Shown: positions 1 to 8,195 of the stretch, piece after piece
Layout: each line of letters starts with the position of its first letter
How positions within the stretch are numbered: position 1 is the stretch's first letter
From: Pseudobacteriovorax sp.
GTDB lineage: Bacteria > Bdellovibrionota_B > Oligoflexia > Oligoflexales > Oligoflexaceae
DNA length: 15,316 bases
Assembly: GCA_050293845.1 (NCBI GenBank)
Contig: JBNKNM010000125.1
Location: forward strand, 1-15,316
Reading direction: 5' to 3'
Program-made: the position numbers and the translations under genes
Notes under the pieces: model-generated
What the model was told of the DNA's origin: nothing
Databases searched by the model: none
Seen by the model: only the letters and a program-made list of their open reading frames with translations

Positions 1-442
1 TATTTAGATATTTCACCTGCCTCACCTCAATGGCAAGCTCATAGGCTTCATTTAAAGCTTCAATGCCAGCCTTGTTAGCTCCAGACTTATCAATATTTAT
101 GACCCGAGGAATCTCGCATTGTCGGATGGCTTTATTGAAAAAACGTAGGGCAGCTTTTTTATCTCTTTTTGCGGAAAGGAGAAATTCCACTGTATCTCCA
201 TCGGTGTCTACAGCTCTGTACAGCCATTTCCATTGGCCCTTGATTTTTATGCACATTTCATCACACCGCCAGCTGTCACTGGTCGCCTTTTTCCTCTTAC
301 GATTCTGAGTTTCCAGCTTTGGGGTGAATATTAAAACCCAGCGGTTAATGGAAGAGCAATCGACTTTGATACCGCGCTCTTCCATCTTTTCTTCAAGCTG
401 CCGGTAGCTAAAAGGATATCTAAGGTACTACCTGACACACTG
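1..442 (-). pseudogene. IS6-family DDE transposase, 5'-truncated with an in-frame stop
   Basis: Manual translation: QCVR*YLRYPFSYRQLEEKMEERGIKVDCSSINRWV...SWRCDEMCIKIKGQWKWLYRAVDTDGDTVEFLLSAKRDKKAALRFF...INIDKSGAN...RQVKYLN. TAG at 428-430 replaces the conserved Trp of VRWYLRY. The usual N-terminal FKGRHF segment and start codon are missing. Confidence 0.9.
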
Positions 443-457
443 GGTTTAGATGGTTAC

Positions 458-474
458 AAGTTTGCGACGGAACC
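458..474 (-). repeat. IS6-type terminal inverted repeat
   Basis: Plus strand AAGTTTGCGACGGAACC = minus strand GGTTCCGTCGCAAACTT, adjacent to the transposase remnant. Confidence 0.8.
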
Positions 475-497
475 GGAGTGACTCACTGGGTAACTCC
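475..497. other. Imperfect inverted repeat downstream of the lipoprotein gene, abutting the IS end
   Basis: GGAGTGACTCA-C-TGGGTAACTCC (9 of 11 Watson-Crick pairs), about 40 nt past the stop at 539. No U-tract, but the IS begins exactly where one would lie. Confidence 0.3.
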
Positions 498-538
498 ACT
501 TGCTAGTAACAAGTTCGCGTTCTAGATATTGAAACAGC

Positions 539-3500
539 TTATCTGTTGTATTTTATCCTACAAGTTTCAAGCCCGATATTCCATAGATCATGGTTTACGT
601 CCAAAAACCCAGACTCGCCACGATTACAATCTAACCACTTGGGGCGTGTTCTTGCTGTATAAGATATAACTTCATCTTGAGCCAGAACAGTCAGATTTTT
701 TTCATCTAAAATCCACACATCACCATTTGCATTTTTACCGATGGAATCCGGTTTTTCAAAACCATTTTCTCCAATACGGAATTCCACAAGCGAATCAGTA
801 CTCATCTCGTAGACTTTAGGAGGTTTACCGTCGTTCGAACCAAAGACCAAAAGTCGGCCCTGATATCTTACGATGTGATCACCATCGTAGAATTTTGGAT
901 AGGTTTTAATAATCTTGCCATCTTTCAAAAAACTTATGCCATCATCATGGGAGATTCCAATGATATTTTCGTTTAAAAGCTGTATATCACGAATCCCAAA
1001 GATGTACTCACTGTCGCTTTGCTCTTTTAAATAAGAACTCCAGAATCCATCTGATCCCTTTACATAGATTCCTGCAGCTCGGGTTGCTACAAAAATATGG
1101 TTTTCGTCGCTAGCAAGCCCAACAATCTCAGTTTCATAATCATCAAAATCTTTGCTAAGTGTTTCAATCGTCTTGTTAAAAGATTTATCGATTGTCCACC
1201 GGTCATCATTTCGAAAAGCCAGGGATGTCTTAAACTCACTGTCTCCAACAAGTTTCCCTCCGGCAATTGCTTGTATCATTCCGTTGGTTCCGCGAAGGAA
1301 GTGAGTTATTCGCTCAAAAGGGAAGCGGCGGTTTCTTGTATTTAGTCTATCAATTTGATTATCTTTAATTATTGCTAAGCCTTCAGTACGGGTGCCAACC
1401 CAAATCGAGCCATCCCGATCTTCTGAAAGAATTTGACTATCGAAAGGCAGAGTATCCCAAAATATAGTTTGATCAATATCGCCATCACTACTGATCAGAA
1501 TATCGTCATTTGCCAGCCAGAGTCGACCAGAGCTATCACGAAAACTAACCGAGAAGTCTTCAATATCTTGAAATGCTTCCAACTTCAAATCACCCCATTT
1601 ATCTCGAATTTGAATCGCGCTGGCATCGTAGAGCGTCTGGATCTTTTGGTTTTGGATCTCCAAAACAACTGGCTGCCGCCCCCTTGAATCATTTAGAGGA
1701 TTTGAAGTCTTACCGCCGACAATCCATTGCCGATTGCCTTCACTCCAACCGCCTAAACCTATAAATCCACTGTGCGAGCTTTGGTATTCGGTGGCATTGC
1801 TCCAAGTCTGATTTGCCGTTTTAATACGGCTGCGGCCAGGCTGAAGCCAAAAAATACTGCCATCCTGTACTTGCGTGATTCTTGAGTATGATGTTTTGCC
1901 CTTGCGGCCACGATAAATCGGGTATGATTCGTACATCCACTTAGTATCTCCAATTAGGTACGAACCAAAGCTTCCAAAAGCCCGCAAACTGCCATCGGGA
2001 TCTCGGTCAATAGCTTGAATGTCATCATATTCCCTGTAGGATGTTTCCTCAACAAACTGATTACCATGATCGGTCCATTGCCCATCCGTTGTCAGGCTAG
2101 CAATTCCAGCTGACATACCGGCAAACCAGAGGGTCCCATCCATATCCTCATCTATGGCCGTGAAATACTTTCCTGAGATACCAATATCTGCCGGCGTAAG
2201 ACGGACGAGAGTCTCATCAGGTTCCAAATAGGCAAAGCCTTTACTTACAAGCAACCATAGTCGACCAACTCGATCAAAATGAAGTCCTCGAATCTGACTA
2301 TCTTCCAGGTCCGCAACGGCTTCAAATTTCTGGCTACCAGGGTTTAGCTTAAATAGTCCTTTGTAGGCGGCCACATATATGGTTCCATCTTGACTCTCGC
2401 GAATATCGTTAACGCCGTCCTTTAGCTCTGGATCATCCCATATTTTCCAGCTTATAGAAGCCTTAAGGTTAAAGCGGACACTGGTGTGGCTCTGAAATTC
2501 TTGACCGATATAATCTGTAACACGAGCATTGACAATCATGGTCGCTTGGTCGAGTAGAGCCCAATCAGGATCAATACTGAACTCCAGTAGATCGTTACAG
2601 CTTCGAGGAGCACCTAAGGTTTCTAGATCACAGGAATCAGAGAGACAGGTGGCTGCGTCGCCGGGTAAAGGAGCACCGCTGGATAATTTAAATTCGACCC
2701 AACATTCTTGCCTCATTCTGAGTTCGTCCTGATTGAGCAAATCATCTTGCACACTGATGACTGCGGCGTATCTCAGTCGTGGCCGCCTCACTGTAGAAAA
2801 CTTATCATTTAGAGTCGGATCTTGCCATTTGATGTCCAAACGAGGTTTCGAACCGTCAACCAAAATATTTTGGACAATTTTCTCGGATCGATTTCCGGCG
2901 CGATCTTCGAGAAACAGAACCTGCCGAAAACGACCTACCTCAGAAAGAATGATGCTATTGACTTTTTCAAAATCTTCATCATTTTGACAACTAAACTCCG
3001 TCCAGTCTTCGATTGATTGGCGACAAACCTTGATCTCGGTGTCGTCGTTCAAAATAATGGGAATAACAGAATTTATGGCTAGTTGAAGGTTGTTTTCTTG
3101 AAGTTGGATGGCTTCGGAAATGTTTGGTGACCGAGTCAGAACCTTAATATTACACAGGGGCTCGGATCGAAATTGTTCACCCATAGCATCAACGATACTA
3201 TATCCAATTCTATAGACACCACCAACTGATGCTTCCAACCCAAGACTATCCCCTGTTGCATCAATTAGTGCAAAAGGCTCCTTCAGCGATCGTTGCAGTA
3301 TCTCATCGCCCGGCCCACTGGCCCAGATTGAAATCGTTGTACTTGTTGTACTCGATGAATTGAGATTTGAGCTATATGGTACTGTTAGAATACCACTGGA
3401 ATAGGTTTCGTTTTTGCGATCGCATATTAATCGAAACTCCGGTTTCTGATAATTTCTAAAATTTAATTGCGACAGCCTAGGTCTATTATTTTGTTGAGGC

Positions 3501-3823
3501 TCGATATGGCCGATCCAATTACGATCGGCTACGAGAACCTCAATATTTGCTGTTTCATACTCAGAAAGTTGAATGCAACCTTTCGACGAGATTGAAAAGC
3601 TAATTTGCTCTTTAGCGTTGACTCTAATTCTCGCTATGTCAGCAGGTTCCAACTCTTCATTTTCGGGAGTTAGGAGTTTAATAGCTTTAGCTGAAATATT
3701 GTTTTCAAACGGGCCACACTCTCGCAGAACCTGTGAGTAGTCAGCCGATATATTTGAAGGAGAACAGGATGGCAAAAGATTAATCACTAACGCAAGGAAT
3801 GGAAGATATTTTAAGATTATCAT
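539..3823 (-). CDS. Large secreted lipoprotein: Cys-containing Ig-like N-terminal region plus two-component-regulator-type beta-propeller repeats
   Basis: 1094-aa ORF. Hydrophobic signal ends in lipobox-like LLPSC. Ig-like strand motif EDRAGNRSE..VDGSKP. Repeated blade motifs ESQDGTIYVA, FDRVGRLWL, EDMDGTLWFA, RDPDGSLRA, RDSSGRLWLA, EDRDGSIWVGT, KNANGDVWI. No kinase or transmembrane segment at the C-terminus. Confidence 0.8.
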   Translation of the reverse strand: MIILKYLPFLALVINLLPSCSPSNISADYSQVLRECGPFENNISAKAIKLLTPENEELEPADIARIRVNAKEQISFSISSKGCIQLSEYETANIEVLVADRNWIGHIEPQQNNRPRLSQLNFRNYQKPEFRLICDRKNETYSSGILTVPYSSNLNSSSTTSTTISIWASGPGDEILQRSLKEPFALIDATGDSLGLEASVGGVYRIGYSIVDAMGEQFRSEPLCNIKVLTRSPNISEAIQLQENNLQLAINSVIPIILNDDTEIKVCRQSIEDWTEFSCQNDEDFEKVNSIILSEVGRFRQVLFLEDRAGNRSEKIVQNILVDGSKPRLDIKWQDPTLNDKFSTVRRPRLRYAAVISVQDDLLNQDELRMRQECWVEFKLSSGAPLPGDAATCLSDSCDLETLGAPRSCNDLLEFSIDPDWALLDQATMIVNARVTDYIGQEFQSHTSVRFNLKASISWKIWDDPELKDGVNDIRESQDGTIYVAAYKGLFKLNPGSQKFEAVADLEDSQIRGLHFDRVGRLWLLVSKGFAYLEPDETLVRLTPADIGISGKYFTAIDEDMDGTLWFAGMSAGIASLTTDGQWTDHGNQFVEETSYREYDDIQAIDRDPDGSLRAFGSFGSYLIGDTKWMYESYPIYRGRKGKTSYSRITQVQDGSIFWLQPGRSRIKTANQTWSNATEYQSSHSGFIGLGGWSEGNRQWIVGGKTSNPLNDSRGRQPVVLEIQNQKIQTLYDASAIQIRDKWGDLKLEAFQDIEDFSVSFRDSSGRLWLANDDILISSDGDIDQTIFWDTLPFDSQILSEDRDGSIWVGTRTEGLAIIKDNQIDRLNTRNRRFPFERITHFLRGTNGMIQAIAGGKLVGDSEFKTSLAFRNDDRWTIDKSFNKTIETLSKDFDDYETEIVGLASDENHIFVATRAAGIYVKGSDGFWSSYLKEQSDSEYIFGIRDIQLLNENIIGISHDDGISFLKDGKIIKTYPKFYDGDHIVRYQGRLLVFGSNDGKPPKVYEMSTDSLVEFRIGENGFEKPDSIGKNANGDVWILDEKNLTVLAQDEVISYTARTRPKWLDCNRGESGFLDVNHDLWNIGLETCRIKYNR

Positions 3824-3858
3824 TAGCTTATTGCGCCTTCATGTTTTTATTCCTTGGA

Positions 3859-3887
3859 GTTGTAACATGTTAGTACTGAGGTGTCAA
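3859..3887 (-). promoter_or_regulatory. Putative sigma70 promoter for the lipoprotein gene
   Basis: Minus strand TTGACA (3887-3882), 17-nt spacer ending in TGT, then TACAAC (3864-3859): perfect -35, canonical spacing, extended -10 TG motif. Confidence 0.6.
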
Positions 3888-3938
3888 TATGATGTTGTTC
3901 GATGGTTTGCGAAAGACTCGGCTCCGGTGGCGAAAGAG

Positions 3939-4457
3939 CTACTCCTGAAATGAGAATTTTTTTGATGGAATAGGAGATTCTACGCCTATTTCGCATCTAG
4001 GGTGATTTTCCCAGTATTTTCCAATAGATTTTAAAGATTCGTTCCCATTTGGGTCCAGAGGATAAAACGCTTTGTCGTTTTCTAGACTTCTTTCGCCAAC
4101 GACAAGATATTTAACCTCTTTATCGGTGCTATATATTATCGAGTGGGCTTGGCCAGTTCCTGGCTTGAATCCTACCCCATCTCCCGGAGCTAATGGGTAG
4201 AGTTTACCATCAATCCAAAGATCTGGATTGCCATCCAAAATATATATAAATTCCTCTTCTTCACTATGGGCATGTGGCCAAGAACTTCGTCTTCCTGGTG
4301 GCAATACTTCATGTAGAATTGCAATTCTCTCCAAGCCGAAAGCTTTCGAAAAATCAGCACCTCGTAGGAAAACTTCCTCATCGCCAAAGTATGATAAGCC
4401 AACAGGAGAAAGAAGTTCCGAGTAATGTTTCTTGATGGGGGAATCGTGCCTAATCAC
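3939..4457 (-). CDS. Cupin-domain protein (3' part of a longer interrupted frame)
   Basis: Cupin motif 1 LPPGRRSSWPHAHSEEEEFIYILDG and motif 2 LAPGDGVGFKPGTGQAH carry His/His/Glu/His metal ligands. The GTG start has no obvious RBS, and the frame stays open upstream to 4679. Confidence 0.8.
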   Translation of the reverse strand: MIRHDSPIKKHYSELLSPVGLSYFGDEEVFLRGADFSKAFGLERIAILHEVLPPGRRSSWPHAHSEEEEFIYILDGNPDLWIDGKLYPLAPGDGVGFKPGTGQAHSIIYSTDKEVKYLVVGERSLENDKAFYPLDPNGNESLKSIGKYWENHPRCEIGVESPIPSKKFSFQE

Positions 4458-4781
4458 ATCAACTGAACTAAAGCTATAGTAGTCAGCAAACCTAGACCGT
4501 AGATTGGATATATCGGAACAATTAATTATCGCGATATAATCATTTGAAAAAACAGGCTCGGCATTACCAAAATAAATTTTAACTTTCTGACCTAGAGATT
4601 TCAGGAATTTCTTTTGGATACCTTCTTTTTCATGTTTCCTATAACCTTCTTTCGTGAAGCAAACTAGATATTGCGGACCTTAGGGAGGGTAATCAATCCA
4701 CGAAAGATCCGTAGTTGGTATGATATTTCTAATATCGGAAATCAAATCCTTACCATTTAGCTCGTAGTGATAAACATTCAT
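3939..4781 (-). pseudogene. Probable original 280-codon gene (unknown N-terminal domain plus cupin) broken by a single TAA at 4680-4682
   Basis: ATG at 4781 preceded by GAAAGG. Frame reads MNVYHYELNGKDLISDIRNIIPTTDLSWIDYPP*GPQYLVCFTKEGYRKHEKEGIQKKFLKSLG...FSSVDVIRHDSP, continuous with the cupin ORF apart from one stop. Confidence 0.65.
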
Positions 4782-4819
4782 AATGAACCTTTCGATATTA
4801 GAATTGTGCTGTTTCAAAT

Positions 4820-4884
4820 GTGATCAAGTATCACTCATTATGCCAATATATAAGCAGTTGCATAACAGGTATCGTTGGCATAAC
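4820..4884. promoter_or_regulatory. Cluster of inverted and direct repeats upstream of the cupin gene (putative operator or promoter)
   Basis: GTGAT-N5-ATCAC (4820-4834). TTATGCCAA (4838-4846) pairs with TTGGCATAA (4875-4883). Internal GTTGCATAAC (4857-4866) repeats as GTTGGCATAAC (4874-4884). Confidence 0.4.
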
Positions 4885-4923
4885 GCAGCAAGCGATAAGT
4901 CTTTCGGATTCCGGCTTTATTTT

Positions 4924-5931
4924 CTAACAAATTCTTGGCAGTGGATCATCTTCAAGTTCAGGTAGAATGCGCTGCCCTCCCCATTCAGTGATTAATTTTA
5001 CCTTAGATAATGGGTCTGGAGCGCTGGTGATCTTCCCGAGGATACTGGCTGACTCTCCTCCTTCTAAAGCCTGCCATTGGGTCAGTAAAATTTCAGCACT
5101 TTCAGAACTAGTGATGGCAATGATCCGTCCTTCACAAGCAAGATACAGAGGATCAAAACCAAGCATGTGACAAAGTTCCTTGACAGAGTCTCTAATAGGT
5201 ATGGCATTTTCATATAGCTCGACTCCCCATCCTGTAGCTGCTGCTACTTCATGGGCAACTGTAGCGAGTCCTCCTCGCGTCGGGTCCCGTAGAAAACGCA
5301 GCCCCTCAACTTGCCAAGCTCGCTCGGCAAAGGGAAGAATTGATCCGCAATCTGACTTCAGGTCACCACGTAAACCAAAGTCTTCTCGGGCAAGAAGGAC
5401 GGCCACACCATGATCCCCAATGGGGCCACTGCAAATCAGTTGATCCCCTGCTTGGATCAAGGGAACGCCAAGAGTTTCGCGCTGTAAATAGCCCACCCCA
5501 GTTGTGGTGATATAAATACCTCCGCCATGGCCTTGGGGCACCACTTTAGTATCACCAGCAACCACCTTGACACCTGCAGTGGCAGCAGCATGTTTCATGG
5601 ATGCGGCAATACGTGACAAGGTTGCAAACTCCAGGCCTTCCTCAATAATGACAGCACAAGTCAAATGAGTCGGACGTGCGCCGGCAACGGCTAAATCATT
5701 CACGGTTCCATAGACGGACAAGGAACCAATATTTCCTCCAGGAAATTCCAATGGCTGAACGGTGAATCCATCGGTGGTGAAAGCTAATTTACCTGATGTT
5801 AATGAGGGCTGAATAATAGCTGCATCAAGATCGCTGTCCAAACTCTCACCAAAATCGAAAATGCTTTCAATAATTCTTCGTGTTCTTTTTCCACCATTAC
5901 CATCTGCCAGTATGATTCTTTTTTCTATCAA
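4924..5931 (-). CDS. hypE: Hydrogenase maturation protein HypE (carbamoyl dehydratase)
   Basis: FTTDGFTVQPLEFPGGNIGSLSVYGTVNDLAV, GDTKVV, RDPTRGG, ACEG and the diagnostic C-terminal PRIC. ATG overlaps the hypF stop. Confidence 0.97.
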   Translation of the reverse strand: MIEKRIILADGNGGKRTRRIIESIFDFGESLDSDLDAAIIQPSLTSGKLAFTTDGFTVQPLEFPGGNIGSLSVYGTVNDLAVAGARPTHLTCAVIIEEGLEFATLSRIAASMKHAAATAGVKVVAGDTKVVPQGHGGGIYITTTGVGYLQRETLGVPLIQAGDQLICSGPIGDHGVAVLLAREDFGLRGDLKSDCGSILPFAERAWQVEGLRFLRDPTRGGLATVAHEVAAATGWGVELYENAIPIRDSVKELCHMLGFDPLYLACEGRIIAITSSESAEILLTQWQALEGGESASILGKITSAPDPLSKVKLITEWGGQRILPELEDDPLPRIC

Positions 5932-8195
5932 CTTTGCTTTCCTAAATATTCAATGAGTTGCCCATACGCTATGCCGCCATCTCCCAACGGAATTTTGGGG
6001 GAAACATAGGTTTTTATATTTTCTTTTTGTAAGCGTTCCCATATTCCTTCGGTCAACAACTTATTAGCAAAAACGCCACCACCAAAGTTAACCGTAAAAG
6101 ACCCCCTATGTTGTCGCTCGGCGACTACAAAATGTACACAAGTGGCGATAAGGCTTTTGTGAAAAATAGCAGCACGTAAAGAAGCAGGTATATTTTGATT
6201 GCTCACGATAGAAATCAAGGGAGCGTAATCAATCCTCCTTAAACCAAAAGTGTCGCTGTAAACAGGGAGAATGAGCTCCTCGGCGTGGTCCATGGAACTT
6301 TGGGCTAGTGTTTCCAGCTCTTGGGGCCCCTGAGCTTCATAATCATAGTGATTCCGATCTAAAATCCAAGAAGCGGCAGCATCAAACAAACGGCCTACTG
6401 CCGAAGTCTCATAGCAGCCCACTTGCCTTTCCCAGGCTTGAAATAAAAAATCTCGATCTTTGACTACCGACCCCGGGTCTTGTTGCAGCGCAAATGCGAT
6501 ACCAGCTCGAGATCTCCAAGACTCACGGCCAGAGTGAACAGCTCCCGGAATCCTTAAGGGCCTCAAGCTGAGGATACGCTGCCAGTGACCGGGGCGTCCG
6601 TAAAAAGCTTCTCCTCCCCAAAGAGTATTGTCTTCACCAAGTCCCACACCATCCCAAGTGAAAACAAGGTGCTTCTCATGATGGGCTAGAGGATTTATCG
6701 CTGCAGCAGCATGGGCCCGATGATGGTAAATCATTTCCACTTTAAGATTTGATTGCTGAGCCCAAAGGTGACTGGTGTATTGCGGATGGGCATCACAGAG
6801 AACTTTTCGGGGAGATACCTGGTAAAGCTCACTCAATTCCCTAATTCTGTCCTGAAATGCTGCTAAAGAAGCAGGGCTATCTAAATCACCAACATGGGGG
6901 GAAAGAACGATTCTGCGTCCCCAGCCTATGGCAATAGCATTTTTTTTGTGACCTCCCACGGCTAAAATTGGCTCGGCAAACTCCTGTTCCGTATCTATTT
7001 CAACGGGACCCAGTCCGCGTCCGATGCGCAGTGGTATGATCTGTCCTGCGATCTCCTTGACTACGGAGTCATCGGCACGGCGGATAATTTTCCGGTTGGA
7101 ATGAATAAACATGTCGGTGATCATATGGAGCTGAGATGTGGCTGCCTCTTCAGTTGTGGCGAGGGGCTCTCCACTAGGATTTCCCGAGGTTACGACTAAA
7201 GGTCCATCGACCACTTTTAACAGAAATATATGAATGGCCGTATATGGTAACACCACTCCTATCTCAGCCAATCCCGGTGCTATCTGTTTAGATAAGGAAC
7301 TACTCCTCCGCGAGGGAAGCAGAACGATAGGGCGTTCTTGGGATCGCAGTACCTGTGATTGTAATGGTGTTGTATAAGCATAGTGTCGGATATGCTCCAA
7401 ACCATCGACACCGGTTTCCTCTACCATGATAGCAAGTGGTTTTGCTGGTCGATTTTTAAGTCTGCGCAACCGGTCGACAGCTTCATCATTACAGGCATCG
7501 CAAACCAAGTGATAGCCGCCGATCCCTTTTATAGCAAGAATGAAACCCGCTTTTAGCTTTTGTCCTGCTTCATAAAGGGCTGCGCTGCTAGAATGCGACT
7601 CAGAATAGAGCTGCGGGCCACAGTTCGGACAACAGATCGCTTCTGCATGGAAGCGACGCGATGAGGGATCTTGGTATTCATGTTCACATGCTACGCATAG
7701 GGTAAAGGGAGCCATACTAGTCTGGAGGCGGTCATAGGGCATGGTCTTGATGATCGTAAAGCGTGGACCACATTGGGTACAGTTAATAAAGGGATAAAGA
7801 TAGCGTCTATTGTTTTTGTCATTAAATTCTTTGAAGCAATCTAAACACAACCCGACATCTGGAGGGACAAAAATATCGGGATTTTCGTTATGGCTTGGAG
7901 CAATAGAAAAACTATTATAATAATCTACAAACTCATTTGTACTTATACTCCGAATAATCGTTGGATGTGATAGGTGAGGCGCATCTGTAATAAGCCGTTC
8001 TTCAAAGCGATCCAGTTTTTTTTCATTTCCCACCACGATGATCTGGACCCGGCCAGTACTATTCCAAACACAGCCTCTGAGCTTAAGATTCTGAGCTAAC
8101 TGGTATACAAAGGGACGGAAGCCCACACCCTGCACCCGGCCGCGTAATTCGATTTTACGCATGCGATCCTTTTCTGGTGCAGAAAGAGGAGTCAA
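5928..8195 (-). CDS. hypF: Carbamoyltransferase HypF
   Basis: Acylphosphatase-like GRVQGVGFRPFV, two zinc fingers (CLDC..CTQC; CVAC..CPNC), YrdC-like KGIGGYHLVCD, Kae1-like HHRAH, WDGVGLGEDNTLWGGE, GGVFAN, DGGIAYGQ. Start placed at TTG 8195, which overlaps the hypD TGA; the ORF-track start at 8255 lies inside hypD. Confidence 0.95.
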   Translation of the reverse strand: MTPLSAPEKDRMRKIELRGRVQGVGFRPFVYQLAQNLKLRGCVWNSTGRVQIIVVGNEKKLDRFEERLITDAPHLSHPTIIRSISTNEFVDYYNSFSIAPSHNENPDIFVPPDVGLCLDCFKEFNDKNNRRYLYPFINCTQCGPRFTIIKTMPYDRLQTSMAPFTLCVACEHEYQDPSSRRFHAEAICCPNCGPQLYSESHSSSAALYEAGQKLKAGFILAIKGIGGYHLVCDACNDEAVDRLRRLKNRPAKPLAIMVEETGVDGLEHIRHYAYTTPLQSQVLRSQERPIVLLPSRRSSSLSKQIAPGLAEIGVVLPYTAIHIFLLKVVDGPLVVTSGNPSGEPLATTEEAATSQLHMITDMFIHSNRKIIRRADDSVVKEIAGQIIPLRIGRGLGPVEIDTEQEFAEPILAVGGHKKNAIAIGWGRRIVLSPHVGDLDSPASLAAFQDRIRELSELYQVSPRKVLCDAHPQYTSHLWAQQSNLKVEMIYHHRAHAAAAINPLAHHEKHLVFTWDGVGLGEDNTLWGGEAFYGRPGHWQRILSLRPLRIPGAVHSGRESWRSRAGIAFALQQDPGSVVKDRDFLFQAWERQVGCYETSAVGRLFDAAASWILDRNHYDYEAQGPQELETLAQSSMDHAEELILPVYSDTFGLRRIDYAPLISIVSNQNIPASLRAAIFHKSLIATCVHFVVAERQHRGSFTVNFGGGVFANKLLTEGIWERLQKENIKTYVSPKIPLGDGGIAYGQLIEYLGKQS

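Larger units (their letters stand above)
1..474 (-). mobile_element. IS6-family insertion sequence remnant, running off the left edge
   Basis: Minus strand begins GGTTCCGTCGCAAACTT (458-474), resembling IS6-family terminal inverted repeats (IS431 GGTTCTGTTGCAAAGTT). An IS6-type transposase frame follows almost immediately. Confidence 0.9.

Noticed and set aside
63..308. 81-aa plus-strand ORF
   Set aside because: Antisense shadow of the IS6 transposase frame.
3901..3937. GTTTGCGAAAGACTC as a degenerate second IS6 end, GCGAAAGA direct repeats, and a 9-bp inverted match CGAAAGACT (3910-3918) / AGTCTTTCG (4898-4906) around the cupin gene
   Set aside because: Only about 11 of 16 matches to the IS end, the matches are short and do not extend, and no target duplication is visible. 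Compatible with chance.
4819..4892. CRP/FNR box or sigma54 promoter upstream of the cupin gene
   Set aside because: TGTGA/TCACT spacing is 7 rather than 6, and the TGGCA elements lack a GC at the required GG-N10-GC spacing.
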